Below, piece by piece: positions 17,300 to 26,445 of a DNA stretch of 64,000 bases; position 1 is the stretch's first letter; every line of letters begins with the position of its first letter. Source of the stretch: a virus. Below the pieces are notes generated by a model. It was given only the letters and a program-made list of their open reading frames with translations, ran no database searches and was not told the DNA's origin. The stretch spans positions 33,433 to 97,432 of the IMG/VR virus record IMGVR_UViG_3300017605_000706; one strand, written 5' to 3'. The position numbers and the translations under genes are program-made.

Positions 17300-17847
17300 G
17301 ACCGCCAGTTCTTCCCTTGAAGGCGACCACTCACGGCGGGTTTGCCGTAATTCGTAACGGTCCGTCAGACGGCGCGTGCGGTACGCATCCGTACCCGTGT
17401 GTTCACCCGGGCTACGACGCTGCGGCGCCAGAAGGCACGTCGGTCTACGCGCCGATTAGCAGTATCATTGTCGGTATCGGCGACGGAAACTCAGCGCCGT
17501 ACACTGGGTATGGGCCCTACGTCGCTGAGCTACTAGGCCGAGACGGCTACTACCAATTGATTGCCCACATGAATCCAGGCGATTTGAGTCTGGGTCAAGT
17601 AGTCGATGAGGGCGAACAAATCGGAACCGTTAGCTCAGCGAACCACGTTCACTGGGAAGTACGCCGCAAATTGACGCCTGGGATCGGCAAGACGAACATG
17701 GATAACAACCTGGATCCGATCGCCTGGCTGACAGGCGCATACGGCTCGGGTTGGCAGTGGTGGAAATGGGGCATTGTAGCTGCGCTTGCCGGGCTCGGCT
17801 GGTACAGCTACAAGAAGTACGGCGCGGACTATTTCTTGACTAGTTGA
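17296..17847 (+). CDS. M23 family peptidoglycan endopeptidase with C-terminal membrane anchor
   Basis: ATG 17296; HPGYD (HxxxD), HVHWEV (HxH), LDP; TM WWKWGIVAALAGLGWY then KK. Confidence 0.85.
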   Translation: MRPPVLPLKATTHGGFAVIRNGPSDGACGTHPYPCVHPGYDAAAPEGTSVYAPISSIIVGIGDGNSAPYTGYGPYVAELLGRDGYYQLIAHMNPGDLSLGQVVDEGEQIGTVSSANHVHWEVRRKLTPGIGKTNMDNNLDPIAWLTGAYGSGWQWWKWGIVAALAGLGWYSYKKYGADYFLTS

Positions 17848-17937
17848 GCAGGTGCTCGGGCACGTACGGTATCTTTCGACGGTACTCGTACGCGCCAACT
17901 AGGAATCCGACCGCAGCTGCGAGAATGAGCCTCTTGA

Positions 17938-18666
17938 TCATCGTGGAATCTCCCTTACGCGTGACGCCCAACTGTCTGTGACCGCGTCAATCGCAGCGCG
18001 GCCTTCTGGAAGCTCCGTATAGTACGGATCACTAAGATAGTGCGGGATCTCGGGCGTGGCGTGGTTGCCGCCGTGGATCAAGTACACGTATCCGGTGTTG
18101 ACAATTTTGTAGGGCGCGCCTCCGGCGAGGGCGGGTACGATCATGGCTGTATCTGCGCCTGTCTGCGACGGGACCCCAGTATGGGTAGGGTATGGATTCT
18201 TCAGCGCGAAATCTCGTCGCATGACAAGCGACGCACCGATCATCCACGGCGTTTCTCCCCCGTAGACGTACTTCCACGCCTTGTCGGTTCGGATCTCGTA
18301 GATGTGCATCTCGGTGGATCCGATCATCTGAAGATACGGGTTGTCGCGGATTGCTCGATCAACCACGCTGAGCCGATCGGGCGCTAGCCAGTCGTCATCG
18401 TCCCAGACCGCGATCCATTCCCCTAGACATGCTTCTGTTGCTGCGTTACGTCGGGCGCCGTCGGTTTCGATCGGCGGGATACCTACGACGCGAATGTTAA
18501 ACGCTTGAGGTACGACTTTGAGAACGGCGTCTATATGGCTGATTGGACATACGATCACAAGCTCGCGTCCACAGGCGGCGTACGTTTGCTCCTGAAACCT
18601 CTTAACGGCTTCGGGCAGGATCCAAGTTCTAGACTTCGTGGTAAGAGTCACGCATGAGAAGCGCAT
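17938..18666 (-). CDS. GT2 glycosyltransferase
   Basis: ATG 18666; F.EQTY...ELVIV...GARRNA...WIAVWDDDDW. Confidence 0.85.
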   Translation of the reverse strand: MRFSCVTLTTKSRTWILPEAVKRFQEQTYAACGRELVIVCPISHIDAVLKVVPQAFNIRVVGIPPIETDGARRNAATEACLGEWIAVWDDDDWLAPDRLSVVDRAIRDNPYLQMIGSTEMHIYEIRTDKAWKYVYGGETPWMIGASLVMRRDFALKNPYPTHTGVPSQTGADTAMIVPALAGGAPYKIVNTGYVYLIHGGNHATPEIPHYLSDPYYTELPEGRAAIDAVTDSWASRVREIPR

Positions 18667-18701
18667 GTTCTGTTCAGACCTGTGTGATAGACCGTACTTC
18701 A

Positions 18702-19286
18702 ATGAACGTCTGGTTTGCAACTGCCTCTCGAGATAGAGAGGCGACTTCTGAATGCCTGGCAACGTGGCGTGAGCATGGGTACAAAACGGCAGCGCTGTTC
18801 GAGTACGGCATGGAGACTGTGACGGAGGCTGACCTGATCTTCTTCACAGGATCGTGGGACAGTAACTATGCGGTACTGAATCTCATGGCGCGTCTTTTGG
18901 CCGAGAATCACGAGGCGGACGTCGTCATCGCAGGCCAGCCGACATCGCGCCCGGATCCGACAGTGGACCCTGTCGTAGTAGCTGCTAACGCCTTCAACCG
19001 CTTTTCTGACGGGTGCTTTGTAGTCCGGGCCGCCTCGCCCGGGCCATTGTGGCTCGGCCGCGGCTGGATAGAACAAGCGTACAAGGGTACAGGGCCGTTC
19101 TGGATCGGCTACAAGAACGCTTGGGCTGAGACTGAGACTACAATGATCGCCGCGAGGCTCGATCGTATGATCGACCGGCCTGATATCCAACAAACGCACC
19201 TGTTCGCGACAAGCGAAGAAGACAGCGCGTTGTTTCACGAACGCTTAGCGCAATCTTTCCCGGAGTCGAGCCTATGGGAACCGTGA
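18702..19286 (+). CDS. hypothetical protein, possibly degenerate GT-A fold
   Basis: ATG 18702; weak GT-like pattern, lacks a clear DxD. Confidence 0.5.
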   Translation: MNVWFATASRDREATSECLATWREHGYKTAALFEYGMETVTEADLIFFTGSWDSNYAVLNLMARLLAENHEADVVIAGQPTSRPDPTVDPVVVAANAFNRFSDGCFVVRAASPGPLWLGRGWIEQAYKGTGPFWIGYKNAWAETETTMIAARLDRMIDRPDIQQTHLFATSEEDSALFHERLAQSFPESSLWEP

Positions 19287-19450
19287 AACAGCCAACAGAG
19301 CGTGACGTCGAAGATCTGAACCAGGCGCGCAACGCTCTGGACAGAGCGCTTTCCATGTTCGAGGCAAACTCCAAGAGCCTCACTCTTGTCGATGTTGAGC
19401 TTGCGCTCAAGCTCCTCGAGAACCTCAGAAAAAGGCTAAGCTTCAAGTGA
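19283..19450 (+). CDS. 55-aa coiled-coil protein (below ORF-track cutoff)
   Basis: MKQPTERDVEDLNQAR...LSFK; GTGA overlaps at both ends. Confidence 0.55.
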   Translation: MKQPTERDVEDLNQARNALDRALSMFEANSKSLTLVDVELALKLLENLRKRLSFK

Positions 19451-19899
19451 CTGATCTTGAACTGTACACGCGCGCTATGACGACGCGTCCCTGGATTTTC
19501 GTTAGTGGTCCCATGGCCAAGGAGCCGTATATTGGCCCTCGTCGGGCTATGGAGTTCGCTGCGAAACTGTGGCGAGCCGGCTGGCACCCGTTCGTTCCGC
19601 ATCTGAACGCCTTGTGGGAGCTGTCGCAGGGTGAGCTAGAGCCAGGAAGCATCGATGGCGTCGGAGGTTGGCTGGACTACGACTTCTCGGCCATGTCGCG
19701 CTGCGAAGCCCAAACTCGCTTACCGGGCGCGTCGTCGGGTAGCGATCGAGAGACAGCTCTAGCAAAGACGACCTACAAGCGGATCCTTACGCCTGAGGAA
19801 GCCTTGCGCGGCCCTCAAGAGTTCTTACACTGGCACGTACCTACATCTCGCTGGGGCCGCGTGGTCTCGGCTGCTGATGCCGACGAGCAGGGACCATGA
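19447..19899 (+). CDS. DUF4406-like / nucleoside 2-deoxyribosyltransferase-like protein
   Basis: IFVSGPM...PFVPH...WLDYD...CEA..RLPG.S.G...E. Confidence 0.7.
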   Translation: MTDLELYTRAMTTRPWIFVSGPMAKEPYIGPRRAMEFAAKLWRAGWHPFVPHLNALWELSQGELEPGSIDGVGGWLDYDFSAMSRCEAQTRLPGASSGSDRETALAKTTYKRILTPEEALRGPQEFLHWHVPTSRWGRVVSAADADEQGP

Positions 19900-20087
19900 G
19901 CCTATTCAAGCCCGATTGGGAACGCACACTCAAGATTCTGTACGCTGTGGGTGAGACGCTCGCTACGGGGAGCGTTCCCACGAAGGGCCTTTCTGATGCC
20001 GACCAACGTACAGTCAAGCTGACCGCAGCTGCGTTCGAGCACGCGATTCGTGGTGTGGTTAGCGTCGTGAAGCGTTACCGCGAGTAG
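19896..20087 (+). CDS. hypothetical protein
   Basis: ATGA overlap with upstream gene. Confidence 0.5.
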   Translation: MSLFKPDWERTLKILYAVGETLATGSVPTKGLSDADQRTVKLTAAAFEHAIRGVVSVVKRYRE

Positions 20088-20572
20088 CTAGGCTCGAGGA
20101 TCGTTCCTGTGGGGAACGTCAGCGTCGCAGTAGCCCCCGCTGTGACGTATTGGTCAAACGGCGCCCAGTCCAGCGCGTTGTAACCCATGATTACGTGGGA
20201 TGCGATTTTGACCTCGTGTTCGAACGTGAACGCGCGCGTTGCTGCGTCTCGAGCGACGTGGTGATGAATTCTGTGAATCTCCCACGGCAGTCCATCGATA
20301 GCTACGCAGCTCTCGAGGAGCCGTTCGCCCCGGAAGGTTCTGTGTTCGAATTCGAACCAGTAGGCGTTGATGCGCTGCCGTACGTGTTCGGCGATCTTCT
20401 CGGGATCAGGCTTGCCCTTGGTCGATAGAATCTGGCGTCGGTGCAGGCTGAGGGGATCGCTCTTTCCGTGAAGTTCCCGCGTGAATAGCTCGACGACGCC
20501 GCGCGCTTCGAGCCTCACCTCGAAGCCTCGATACCATACGATCTGGCGCCCGACGGTGATTATGTCAGCCAT
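20075..20572 (-). CDS. PWEIH-motif family member 1 (with W.PF..FPTG extension)
   Basis: WYRG; IDGLPWEIHRIHHHVARDAATRAF; LDWAPF...LTFPTG. Confidence 0.75.
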   Translation of the reverse strand: MADIITVGRQIVWYRGFEVRLEARGVVELFTRELHGKSDPLSLHRRQILSTKGKPDPEKIAEHVRQRINAYWFEFEHRTFRGERLLESCVAIDGLPWEIHRIHHHVARDAATRAFTFEHEVKIASHVIMGYNALDWAPFDQYVTAGATATLTFPTGTILEPSYSR

Positions 20573-21066
20573 GCTTTGATCTCATACTTCAAGTGCTCGC
20601 CTGTCGGAAATCGTAAGATAGCCTGCTTGGGGAACTGGACATAGCCTAGCGTCGTCCTTGGCAGCTTCTTCTTCGCTGAACCAGAACACTCGGTGACTGA
20701 TCTGAATGGCGGCCAATCGAGTACGCCGCTGTCTAGATCTACGGTGATCTCGACGCTCTTTAGATAGCTGCAAAGAGCAGACGCGTAAGCTATCTCGTCT
20801 TCGATCGCGTGGATCTCCCAAGGCACGTAGTCGATCGCGTGATAGTACTCAAGGTCTCTGAACCTGACTACTCGGTTTGACTCGAAAAAATACCTTCCGG
20901 GCGGCTTCTTCCGTGGCCGAACCAAGACGCGTGCGTCCCGCGTTTCTACACCGCGTATCCAGCTGAGGCCTACAGGATCTTGCGAAGCGCTTCGCTGCCA
21001 GCGGTACATGCCAGGGCCGCCAACGCTAAGATATCTGCCCCCAGTCCGTGAAAGATGCACCGTCAT
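20560..21066 (-). CDS. PWEIH-motif family member 2 (with extension)
   Basis: WIRG; IDYVPWEIHAIEDEIAYASALCSY; LDWPPF...LRFPTG. Confidence 0.75.
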   Translation of the reverse strand: MTVHLSRTGGRYLSVGGPGMYRWQRSASQDPVGLSWIRGVETRDARVLVRPRKKPPGRYFFESNRVVRFRDLEYYHAIDYVPWEIHAIEDEIAYASALCSYLKSVEITVDLDSGVLDWPPFRSVTECSGSAKKKLPRTTLGYVQFPKQAILRFPTGEHLKYEIKAWLT

Positions 21067-21512
21067 AGCTTGGCTTTGGGACGCGTGATCTCACCTGTAG
21101 GGAATACTAGCTTCACTGAAGCGCCGTTGAACGGAGGCCAATGTAGCGTCTCGTGGAGAGTCACCTCGGCGCTCTGTAGATAGGCCTTTGTCGCAGCAAG
21201 GCGCGCCGTGGTGTTCGTGATCCGATGGATCTCCCACGGAATGTAGTCTACGGCTGTCATCGCGCTCATCGCGCCGTCTCGTAGAAGATGCGTTGTCTTG
21301 CCTCGGATCTGAAGCTCGATATCGCCTTTGAGGCGGGCCTTGTGCAAGGCGATGAAACACAAGTTGCCGTGCGATCGGACGTGGAACCGCAGCTCGCGTT
21401 GGTCTGCCAGGCTGTAATGGAGAACGCGAATCTCAAATCCGCGATGCCATGCTAGGTCTCGCTTCTCGTTCCAGTAGATGTCAGACGACGTCGACGGGGT
21501 CGTTGTCGGCAT
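21063..21512 (-). CDS. PWEIH-motif family member 3 (with extension; start uncertain)
   Basis: WHRG; VDYIPWEIHRITNTTARLAATKAY; LHWPPF...LVFPTG. Confidence 0.75.
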   Translation of the reverse strand: MPTTTPSTSSDIYWNEKRDLAWHRGFEIRVLHYSLADQRELRFHVRSHGNLCFIALHKARLKGDIELQIRGKTTHLLRDGAMSAMTAVDYIPWEIHRITNTTARLAATKAYLQSAEVTLHETLHWPPFNGASVKLVFPTGEITRPKAKL

Positions 21513-22248
21513 GGAGTACAACGTCTTCATTGAACCACGAAACCGCGACATCGATCGGCGTCAGCTCAAGGGACGCCCGAATCGTCGATGGGTCGTGCGC
21601 GTCCTTGATGCCTTTCTTGATGTCCTTGACAGCCGCTTTCACGCAGTCGACGGCGTTGCGTAGGATGGTTCCCGGGACGCCGAGCGCTAGCTTGTCGAGG
21701 TTGCGTGACCGGATCTGGATCGTCTTGACCAGATTCAGATCGAGGGCGAGAAGCGCATCCTTGTAGTCAGCCAGGTGACTCGTGATCGTGTCAGCGATAG
21801 CCTTCGCAGCTGCAGGACCGTCCTGGCCGTCTCCGCTCGAGAGGAGCGCAGTCATCATGGCAATACGAATCCTGTGACGAGAGCCGACTGTACGCGCCTC
21901 TTCGTTCAGAGCATCGGCCTCTTCCTTGAGAGGGCCGATCTCGGCACGGAGCTTAGCCAGCTGCTCATCAGTCGCGACGAAGCCGAAGCTGACGAGAGTG
22001 GCGTGGCTGCGGAACATGTAGTCGATCTTGTTGCGCAGCTTAGCCATCTTCGCAACCACAGGCTCGTGGTCAACCTTCTTGACGACGATCGACTCAGTCC
22101 GCGTTCCAGCCGTGCCTTCAGCGGTTGTGCTAATTGGCTGCCGCTCGTACTGAACGCCGCCACCGGACTGCGTCGCGTTCAAAAGGATCCACTTTACAGC
22201 GAGGGTGACGGTCTTGTTATCTGCGCTCGTGATACTAATCGTGCTCAT
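21481..22248 (-). CDS. coiled-coil protein in the AAA+/VWA operon
   Basis: 255 aa, helical, directly downstream of the VWA gene. Confidence 0.7.
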   Translation of the reverse strand: MSTISITSADNKTVTLAVKWILLNATQSGGGVQYERQPISTTAEGTAGTRTESIVVKKVDHEPVVAKMAKLRNKIDYMFRSHATLVSFGFVATDEQLAKLRAEIGPLKEEADALNEEARTVGSRHRIRIAMMTALLSSGDGQDGPAAAKAIADTITSHLADYKDALLALDLNLVKTIQIRSRNLDKLALGVPGTILRNAVDCVKAAVKDIKKGIKDAHDPSTIRASLELTPIDVAVSWFNEDVVLHADNDPVDVV

Positions 22249-22260
22249 GGTTCGCTTCTT

Positions 22261-22286
22261 TGACAGGTTTCAGGGTAATAAATTCA
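22261..22286 (-). promoter_or_regulatory. TGAAT-N17-GTCA promoter-like motif
   Basis: 12 nt upstream of ATG 22248. Confidence 0.55.
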
Positions 22287-22299
22287 CAAGTTCATGGGA

Positions 22300-23595
22300 T
22301 CAGATCTCAGGATCCACGAGAACCTTCTTGAAATTCTCTGGCGCGCTGTCCAGGCTGCCGTAGCCAACGAGCGCAGCAACCGCCATCGCGACGTTTTTGG
22401 GCCGCGCGGGCCACTGCCCAAAGCAACCGCCATCGGTTAGGTGCACCAGCGCATCAAACTTGTCGCGTAGCTCGCTCACGGCTTGGTAGGCCGGATCGAA
22501 GATCGTTCCTCCGCGACCCTTCATGCACTTCCAAACGGCGGGCAGCGACGACGATGGCTGCAGCCAGCCCTTCCACTGCACCTCCGCGTCGTGGACTACC
22601 AAGTACAGTCGAATAGCGGGATTGGACGACGCGGCGACGACTTCGCTGACACAGCGGGCAACGGCTTTGTCGGACATGGAGCCAGACGTATCGACGATGA
22701 TGCAGATATTCTTGCGCGCTGAGATGTAGCCTGGCATCAGAAAGCTAGAGCCGTAGTACCGCCGGTTACGGCGCTGCCACGACTGGTCATCGCGCCCTGG
22801 CCACGCGAGTACCTGGCTAATCGTGTGCCGGACGAGGCGCGCCCAAGAGATTCTCGCCTTGGGCGGTTCGATGATGCGCGCCAGCGCCTGACCTGCCTGT
22901 GTCCCTGCGCCGAGGGACCTCGCCATCTCGCCCATGGCTCGCCAGATAAGCTCGGGGTTCCGCTTGGCGGTATCCGGATCGAGATCCTCGCCTTCACCTT
23001 CGTTGTTGGGCAGATCCGTGTCCACGCCGCAGCCCTGGCCCGCCTGCGGGCGCTTGTTGCCAACGGATTTGCCCTTACCAGAGCCGGACCCTCCTGCGCT
23101 TACCACTGCAACGGGCGTCTCCGGCTCGACGTCGTATAGGCGCTCTGCCTCCCACAACTTCTGCTCGTCCGTGAGAGGAAATAGCGGCTTGACTTTCTCG
23201 GGAATCGCCAGAACGTCAGCGTGCCGATCCTGCGAGATCTCCAGTAGAACTTGATTGATGGCGCGGTCTGCGGCTCTGTTCCAACGCGTAGATTCACGGT
23301 GCTGCTGGCGCTCCAGCGTTGACGTGATCAGGTGCAGCGACTCATGCGCCATCACGAACGCCAGCTCAGGCATCGTGAGCATCTGGACAAACTTCGGGTT
23401 GACGAAACAGACGCCGTACCGATTGATCGCGGCGGTTTCGACTTTCTCCGTGATTCGAATGCGGAGCGCGCTTGCGATGATGGCGAACATGGGAAGCTGG
23501 TAGCCTAGAACCACCAGCGCTTGACGGACCTGCGCGATCTCAAGAGACTTCGCGTTGGGCCACAGCTTACGCAGCTTTTCTTCGTTCAGCGCCAT
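22300..23595 (-). CDS. metallopeptidase-VWA protein (DUF2201-like), MoxR partner
   Basis: VETAA, AHESLH (HExxH), WNRAAD.AIN; VWA MIDAS DTSGS, GRGGT.F, LTDG. Confidence 0.88.
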   Translation of the reverse strand: MALNEEKLRKLWPNAKSLEIAQVRQALVVLGYQLPMFAIIASALRIRITEKVETAAINRYGVCFVNPKFVQMLTMPELAFVMAHESLHLITSTLERQQHRESTRWNRAADRAINQVLLEISQDRHADVLAIPEKVKPLFPLTDEQKLWEAERLYDVEPETPVAVVSAGGSGSGKGKSVGNKRPQAGQGCGVDTDLPNNEGEGEDLDPDTAKRNPELIWRAMGEMARSLGAGTQAGQALARIIEPPKARISWARLVRHTISQVLAWPGRDDQSWQRRNRRYYGSSFLMPGYISARKNICIIVDTSGSMSDKAVARCVSEVVAASSNPAIRLYLVVHDAEVQWKGWLQPSSSLPAVWKCMKGRGGTIFDPAYQAVSELRDKFDALVHLTDGGCFGQWPARPKNVAMAVAALVGYGSLDSAPENFKKVLVDPEI

Positions 23596-23627
23596 GTTCG
23601 TTTAGACTTTCTGTGAGGGCAGTCAGA

Positions 23628-24746
23628 TCAGAAGATAGCGCGATTGTACGCGACGAGTCGACCCAGAGCAGCTGCGCCGGCAGGAGCCCACTTCGGGTTC
23701 TTGGTCACCTGCTTGGGAACAGACTGAACGATCATAGCAGCAGTAGCGCGCTTGATCTCCGCGGACGGCAAGCGATCGATCCAGACGAAGGCTGCCCAGT
23801 AATCCTTCTCAGCGGCGCGGCGCGCGACCGTGATCGCCGCCAGCTCGTACTTGCGCTCCGAGGGCACCGGCGTCTTCTCGGGATCGTTGGCGATCTGGTC
23901 GGGCGTGGGCAGGTGCTTGCGCAGCTCGCGTTGGGCCAAGAACTTGAGCGCGGGGCCGGTACCGACAACGCCTGCCAGGATCGCAGCGCCTACCATGTCG
24001 CCCTGGCCCGTGGCGTAGTCGCGCGCGAGCGCCGAGTACGCGCGAAGCCCAAGCTCCCACGCGCGGGGGCTTCCCCACGGCTGCCCGTCGGCGATCGACG
24101 ACTCGGGCGGCGCGAACTCGATCAGATCTCCCAGGTGCTTGGCGGCAAGCGAGAAGTCCTCGGCTTCGTTCTTGTACGCAGTCGTAGCGTCGTCGTCTGC
24201 GAGAAGATTGGATAGGTTGGGCACGACAGGCGTGCCTGCGAAGAAGTTGGCGATCTCATCGAGCTGAGGCTGGACCTTGACCTGGACCATGCGGTTGACC
24301 ATCGCTGCAGAGAGCGTGATGCCGCCCGGGGCCTGATCCGGGTGGTTGCCTGCCATGAGGATGCGCGACTTCGGGTGCAGCTGGCGACCGCCTGCGTTAC
24401 GCTCGAGAGCGAGGCGCAGCATGGGCGCTTCGACAGAGCGCGGGATCGCCGTGATCTCGTCGAGGAACAGGACTACAGGCTCGTCACACGCCTGCTCGAT
24501 CTCGGGAAAGAGCGCGCGCTGGACGTGGCCCTCGTCGACGAATGGCAGGCCCGCGAAATCGGTCGCCTCCATGTTGGACGCGATCAGCGTGACGCATGGC
24601 ATGTTGAGTTGCTTGCTGACAGCGCGGGCGATCGCCGTCTTTCCGACGCCTGGCGAGCCGAGCATGAGGCAGGCGACATTCGCGCGAGCGCACGCGGCGG
24701 CGATCTCAGCGGTCTGAGCGAGATTCGAATCGGGGAGCTTGGCCAT
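23628..24746 (-). CDS. MoxR-type AAA+ ATPase
   Basis: Walker A GSPGVGKT, DFAGLP, Walker B LFLDEI, AGN, NR Arg finger, SPRAWE. Confidence 0.9.
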   Translation of the reverse strand: MAKLPDSNLAQTAEIAAACARANVACLMLGSPGVGKTAIARAVSKQLNMPCVTLIASNMEATDFAGLPFVDEGHVQRALFPEIEQACDEPVVLFLDEITAIPRSVEAPMLRLALERNAGGRQLHPKSRILMAGNHPDQAPGGITLSAAMVNRMVQVKVQPQLDEIANFFAGTPVVPNLSNLLADDDATTAYKNEAEDFSLAAKHLGDLIEFAPPESSIADGQPWGSPRAWELGLRAYSALARDYATGQGDMVGAAILAGVVGTGPALKFLAQRELRKHLPTPDQIANDPEKTPVPSERKYELAAITVARRAAEKDYWAAFVWIDRLPSAEIKRATAAMIVQSVPKQVTKNPKWAPAGAAALGRLVAYNRAIF

Positions 24747-24784
24747 GGGATTTACTCAAATTCCTTTCAGGGTTACAGAAGCAC

Positions 24785-24810
24785 AGACGTGTGAGTCGAT
24801 CAGGTATTCA
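24785..24810 (-). promoter_or_regulatory. TGAAT-N17-GTCT promoter-like motif
   Basis: Upstream of MoxR ATPase. Confidence 0.6.
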
Positions 24811-25023
24811 AGACAGCTTCGATTTTGCGCTGGTTGATAACGCTCCACTTGTAGTGGGTTGTCGAGACAGCCAGCCGTTCGCACGCAGCCCGACACGCGT
24901 TAAAGAGTCCAGCGGCGGAATCCTCGCCCCCGACGTCACCGACCTCAAAGGCGTCGTTCTCGTATACGGCTGTGAAGATCCAGCCCTTATCCCAGTCCAG
25001 TGTGATCTTGGTTGGCGTCACGG

Positions 25024-25245
25024 CTACGCAGCCTCGATCGTCAGCACGAGCTTGCCAACCCACGCGGGCGTGTCGTCGTTGCCCCACACCTCGATGATGC
25101 CCTTCTCGTAGTCGACGTTGACACCGGGCAGCTCAGCGCCGACAGCGTACGGCCCGAACGCCTTCGTGACAGTGCAGCGAGAAAAGCTGAACACCATCGT
25201 GTCGTGCTGATCCCAGCCCTTCCAAGTAAAGAATGCGCTTTCCAT
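25024..25245 (-). CDS. hypothetical protein
   Basis: GAGGAG upstream on minus strand. Confidence 0.55.
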   Translation of the reverse strand: MESAFFTWKGWDQHDTMVFSFSRCTVTKAFGPYAVGAELPGVNVDYEKGIIEVWGNDDTPAWVGKLVLTIEAA

Positions 25246-25264
25246 TGTCTTTTTCTCCTCTGTT

Positions 25265-25660
25265 TCAGTCGTCGTTATCGTAAGAATTGCGCTGTCGTTC
25301 CAAAAGCTCTTGCCTGGTGATTCCGTGCTTGTCCATAAGCGCCTGCACGTGCTGGATAGACTTGGCGAGCTTCCCGCCGGGAACCGATTCTCTATGGCGC
25401 TTGACGGCTCTGATATAACCGTCGGGATCCCCTCGGAGAAGCGTCAGCAGCTCCTCATCAGAATAACTAGCTGGGGCTGGCGCTGGCCGCGCTTCGATCG
25501 CTAGCAGCGTGTTATACAGCCTCAAGAGGGGACAGCTCTCGTTCACACCACCGCTTTTTTCAAGCGCTTTCTGCAAAGCGCTGCGCAGATCGTATGCGTC
25601 ATCGGGCGACAGCGTGATCTGCACACACTCGACAGTCGTCTCTGCTTTCTTAGCCTTCAT
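25265..25660 (-). CDS. protein with C-terminal ribosomal L7/L12-CTD-like helices
   Basis: ATG 25660 behind promoter motif; YIRAVKRHRE..GGKLAKS..HV resembles KIxAIKxxRExxGxGLKEAKxxV. Confidence 0.5.
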   Translation of the reverse strand: MKAKKAETTVECVQITLSPDDAYDLRSALQKALEKSGGVNESCPLLRLYNTLLAIEARPAPAPASYSDEELLTLLRGDPDGYIRAVKRHRESVPGGKLAKSIQHVQALMDKHGITRQELLERQRNSYDNDD

Positions 25661-25668
25661 GTCACCTG

Positions 25669-25694
25669 AGACGCCTCTCTCGGTTAAAGATTCA
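25669..25694 (-). promoter_or_regulatory. TGAAT-N17-GTCT promoter-like motif
   Basis: TGA doubles as upstream stop; 8 nt before ATG 25660. Confidence 0.65.
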
Positions 25695-26036
25695 CAGCAA
25701 TCGGATCGACGGAAGATGCGCGAGACGCGCAGGAATTTCCGGGCCGGTCCTGAGAATGATCTGCGCGCCCGGAGCCCCATCGAGGATCAGGCGCAACATA
25801 AAATCAGGCGTCGCGTCGGCGCCGTTAACCAGGATCATCGGAGGCTTTGCCCTCAAGATTGCAGCCCAGTCAACATGATCGTGATGTATAGCGAAGACTG
25901 CCGGCTGATAAGCCTGCAAGATTGCCGTGGTGACGCCCGATCCATACGGTCCTGCCACGACAAGAAGCGCGTCGTTGCTCCAGTTGAGTTTCTTGAGGAC
26001 GCCCTCAACCGAGACGACACGATGCTCTTTGGCCAT
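25692..26036 (-). CDS. degenerate P-loop-like small protein
   Basis: LVVAGPYGSGVTT; promoter motif and GGAGG upstream. Confidence 0.55.
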   Translation of the reverse strand: MAKEHRVVSVEGVLKKLNWSNDALLVVAGPYGSGVTTAILQAYQPAVFAIHHDHVDWAAILRAKPPMILVNGADATPDFMLRLILDGAPGAQIILRTGPEIPARLAHLPSIRLL

Positions 26037-26043
26037 GTCCCTG

Positions 26044-26069
26044 AGACGACCTCCGCGCTCAGATATTCA
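26044..26069 (-). promoter_or_regulatory. TGAAT-N17-GTCT promoter-like motif
   Basis: 7 nt before ATG 26036. Confidence 0.65.
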
Positions 26070-26419
26070 CGACGATCGTTTCAGGATGCAGACGGCGATC
26101 GCCTAGCCGACCTTGACGCAAAGCGCCAAGGACCGTCGCTACCTGTGGGCACAAGGGCACCACCTGTCGGTCCTCTACTTGTACCAGACAGGGCTGATCG
26201 CAGGCGATGCTCAAGCGGTCAGACAGGCTCCTGGGAGTCTCAGCCCACGCAAGTACGCGGATCTTGGTCATGTAGCCTCCTACGACGGGTCGACCCGTCG
26301 GGGCATTCATGTACTACAAGATCTCCCTAGGCGCTATCACCCCTGGTTGAATGGTCGGTCCGGTATGACCGACATCGATTCGAGTAAAATCAATGACTTA
26401 GCGGATTCTCTCAGGGCTT

Positions 26420-26445
26420 TGAATCCTGAGCTGGGGCTGGCGTCT
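26420..26445 (+). promoter_or_regulatory. TGAAT-N17-GTCT promoter-like motif
   Basis: 8 nt before ATG 26454. Confidence 0.65.
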
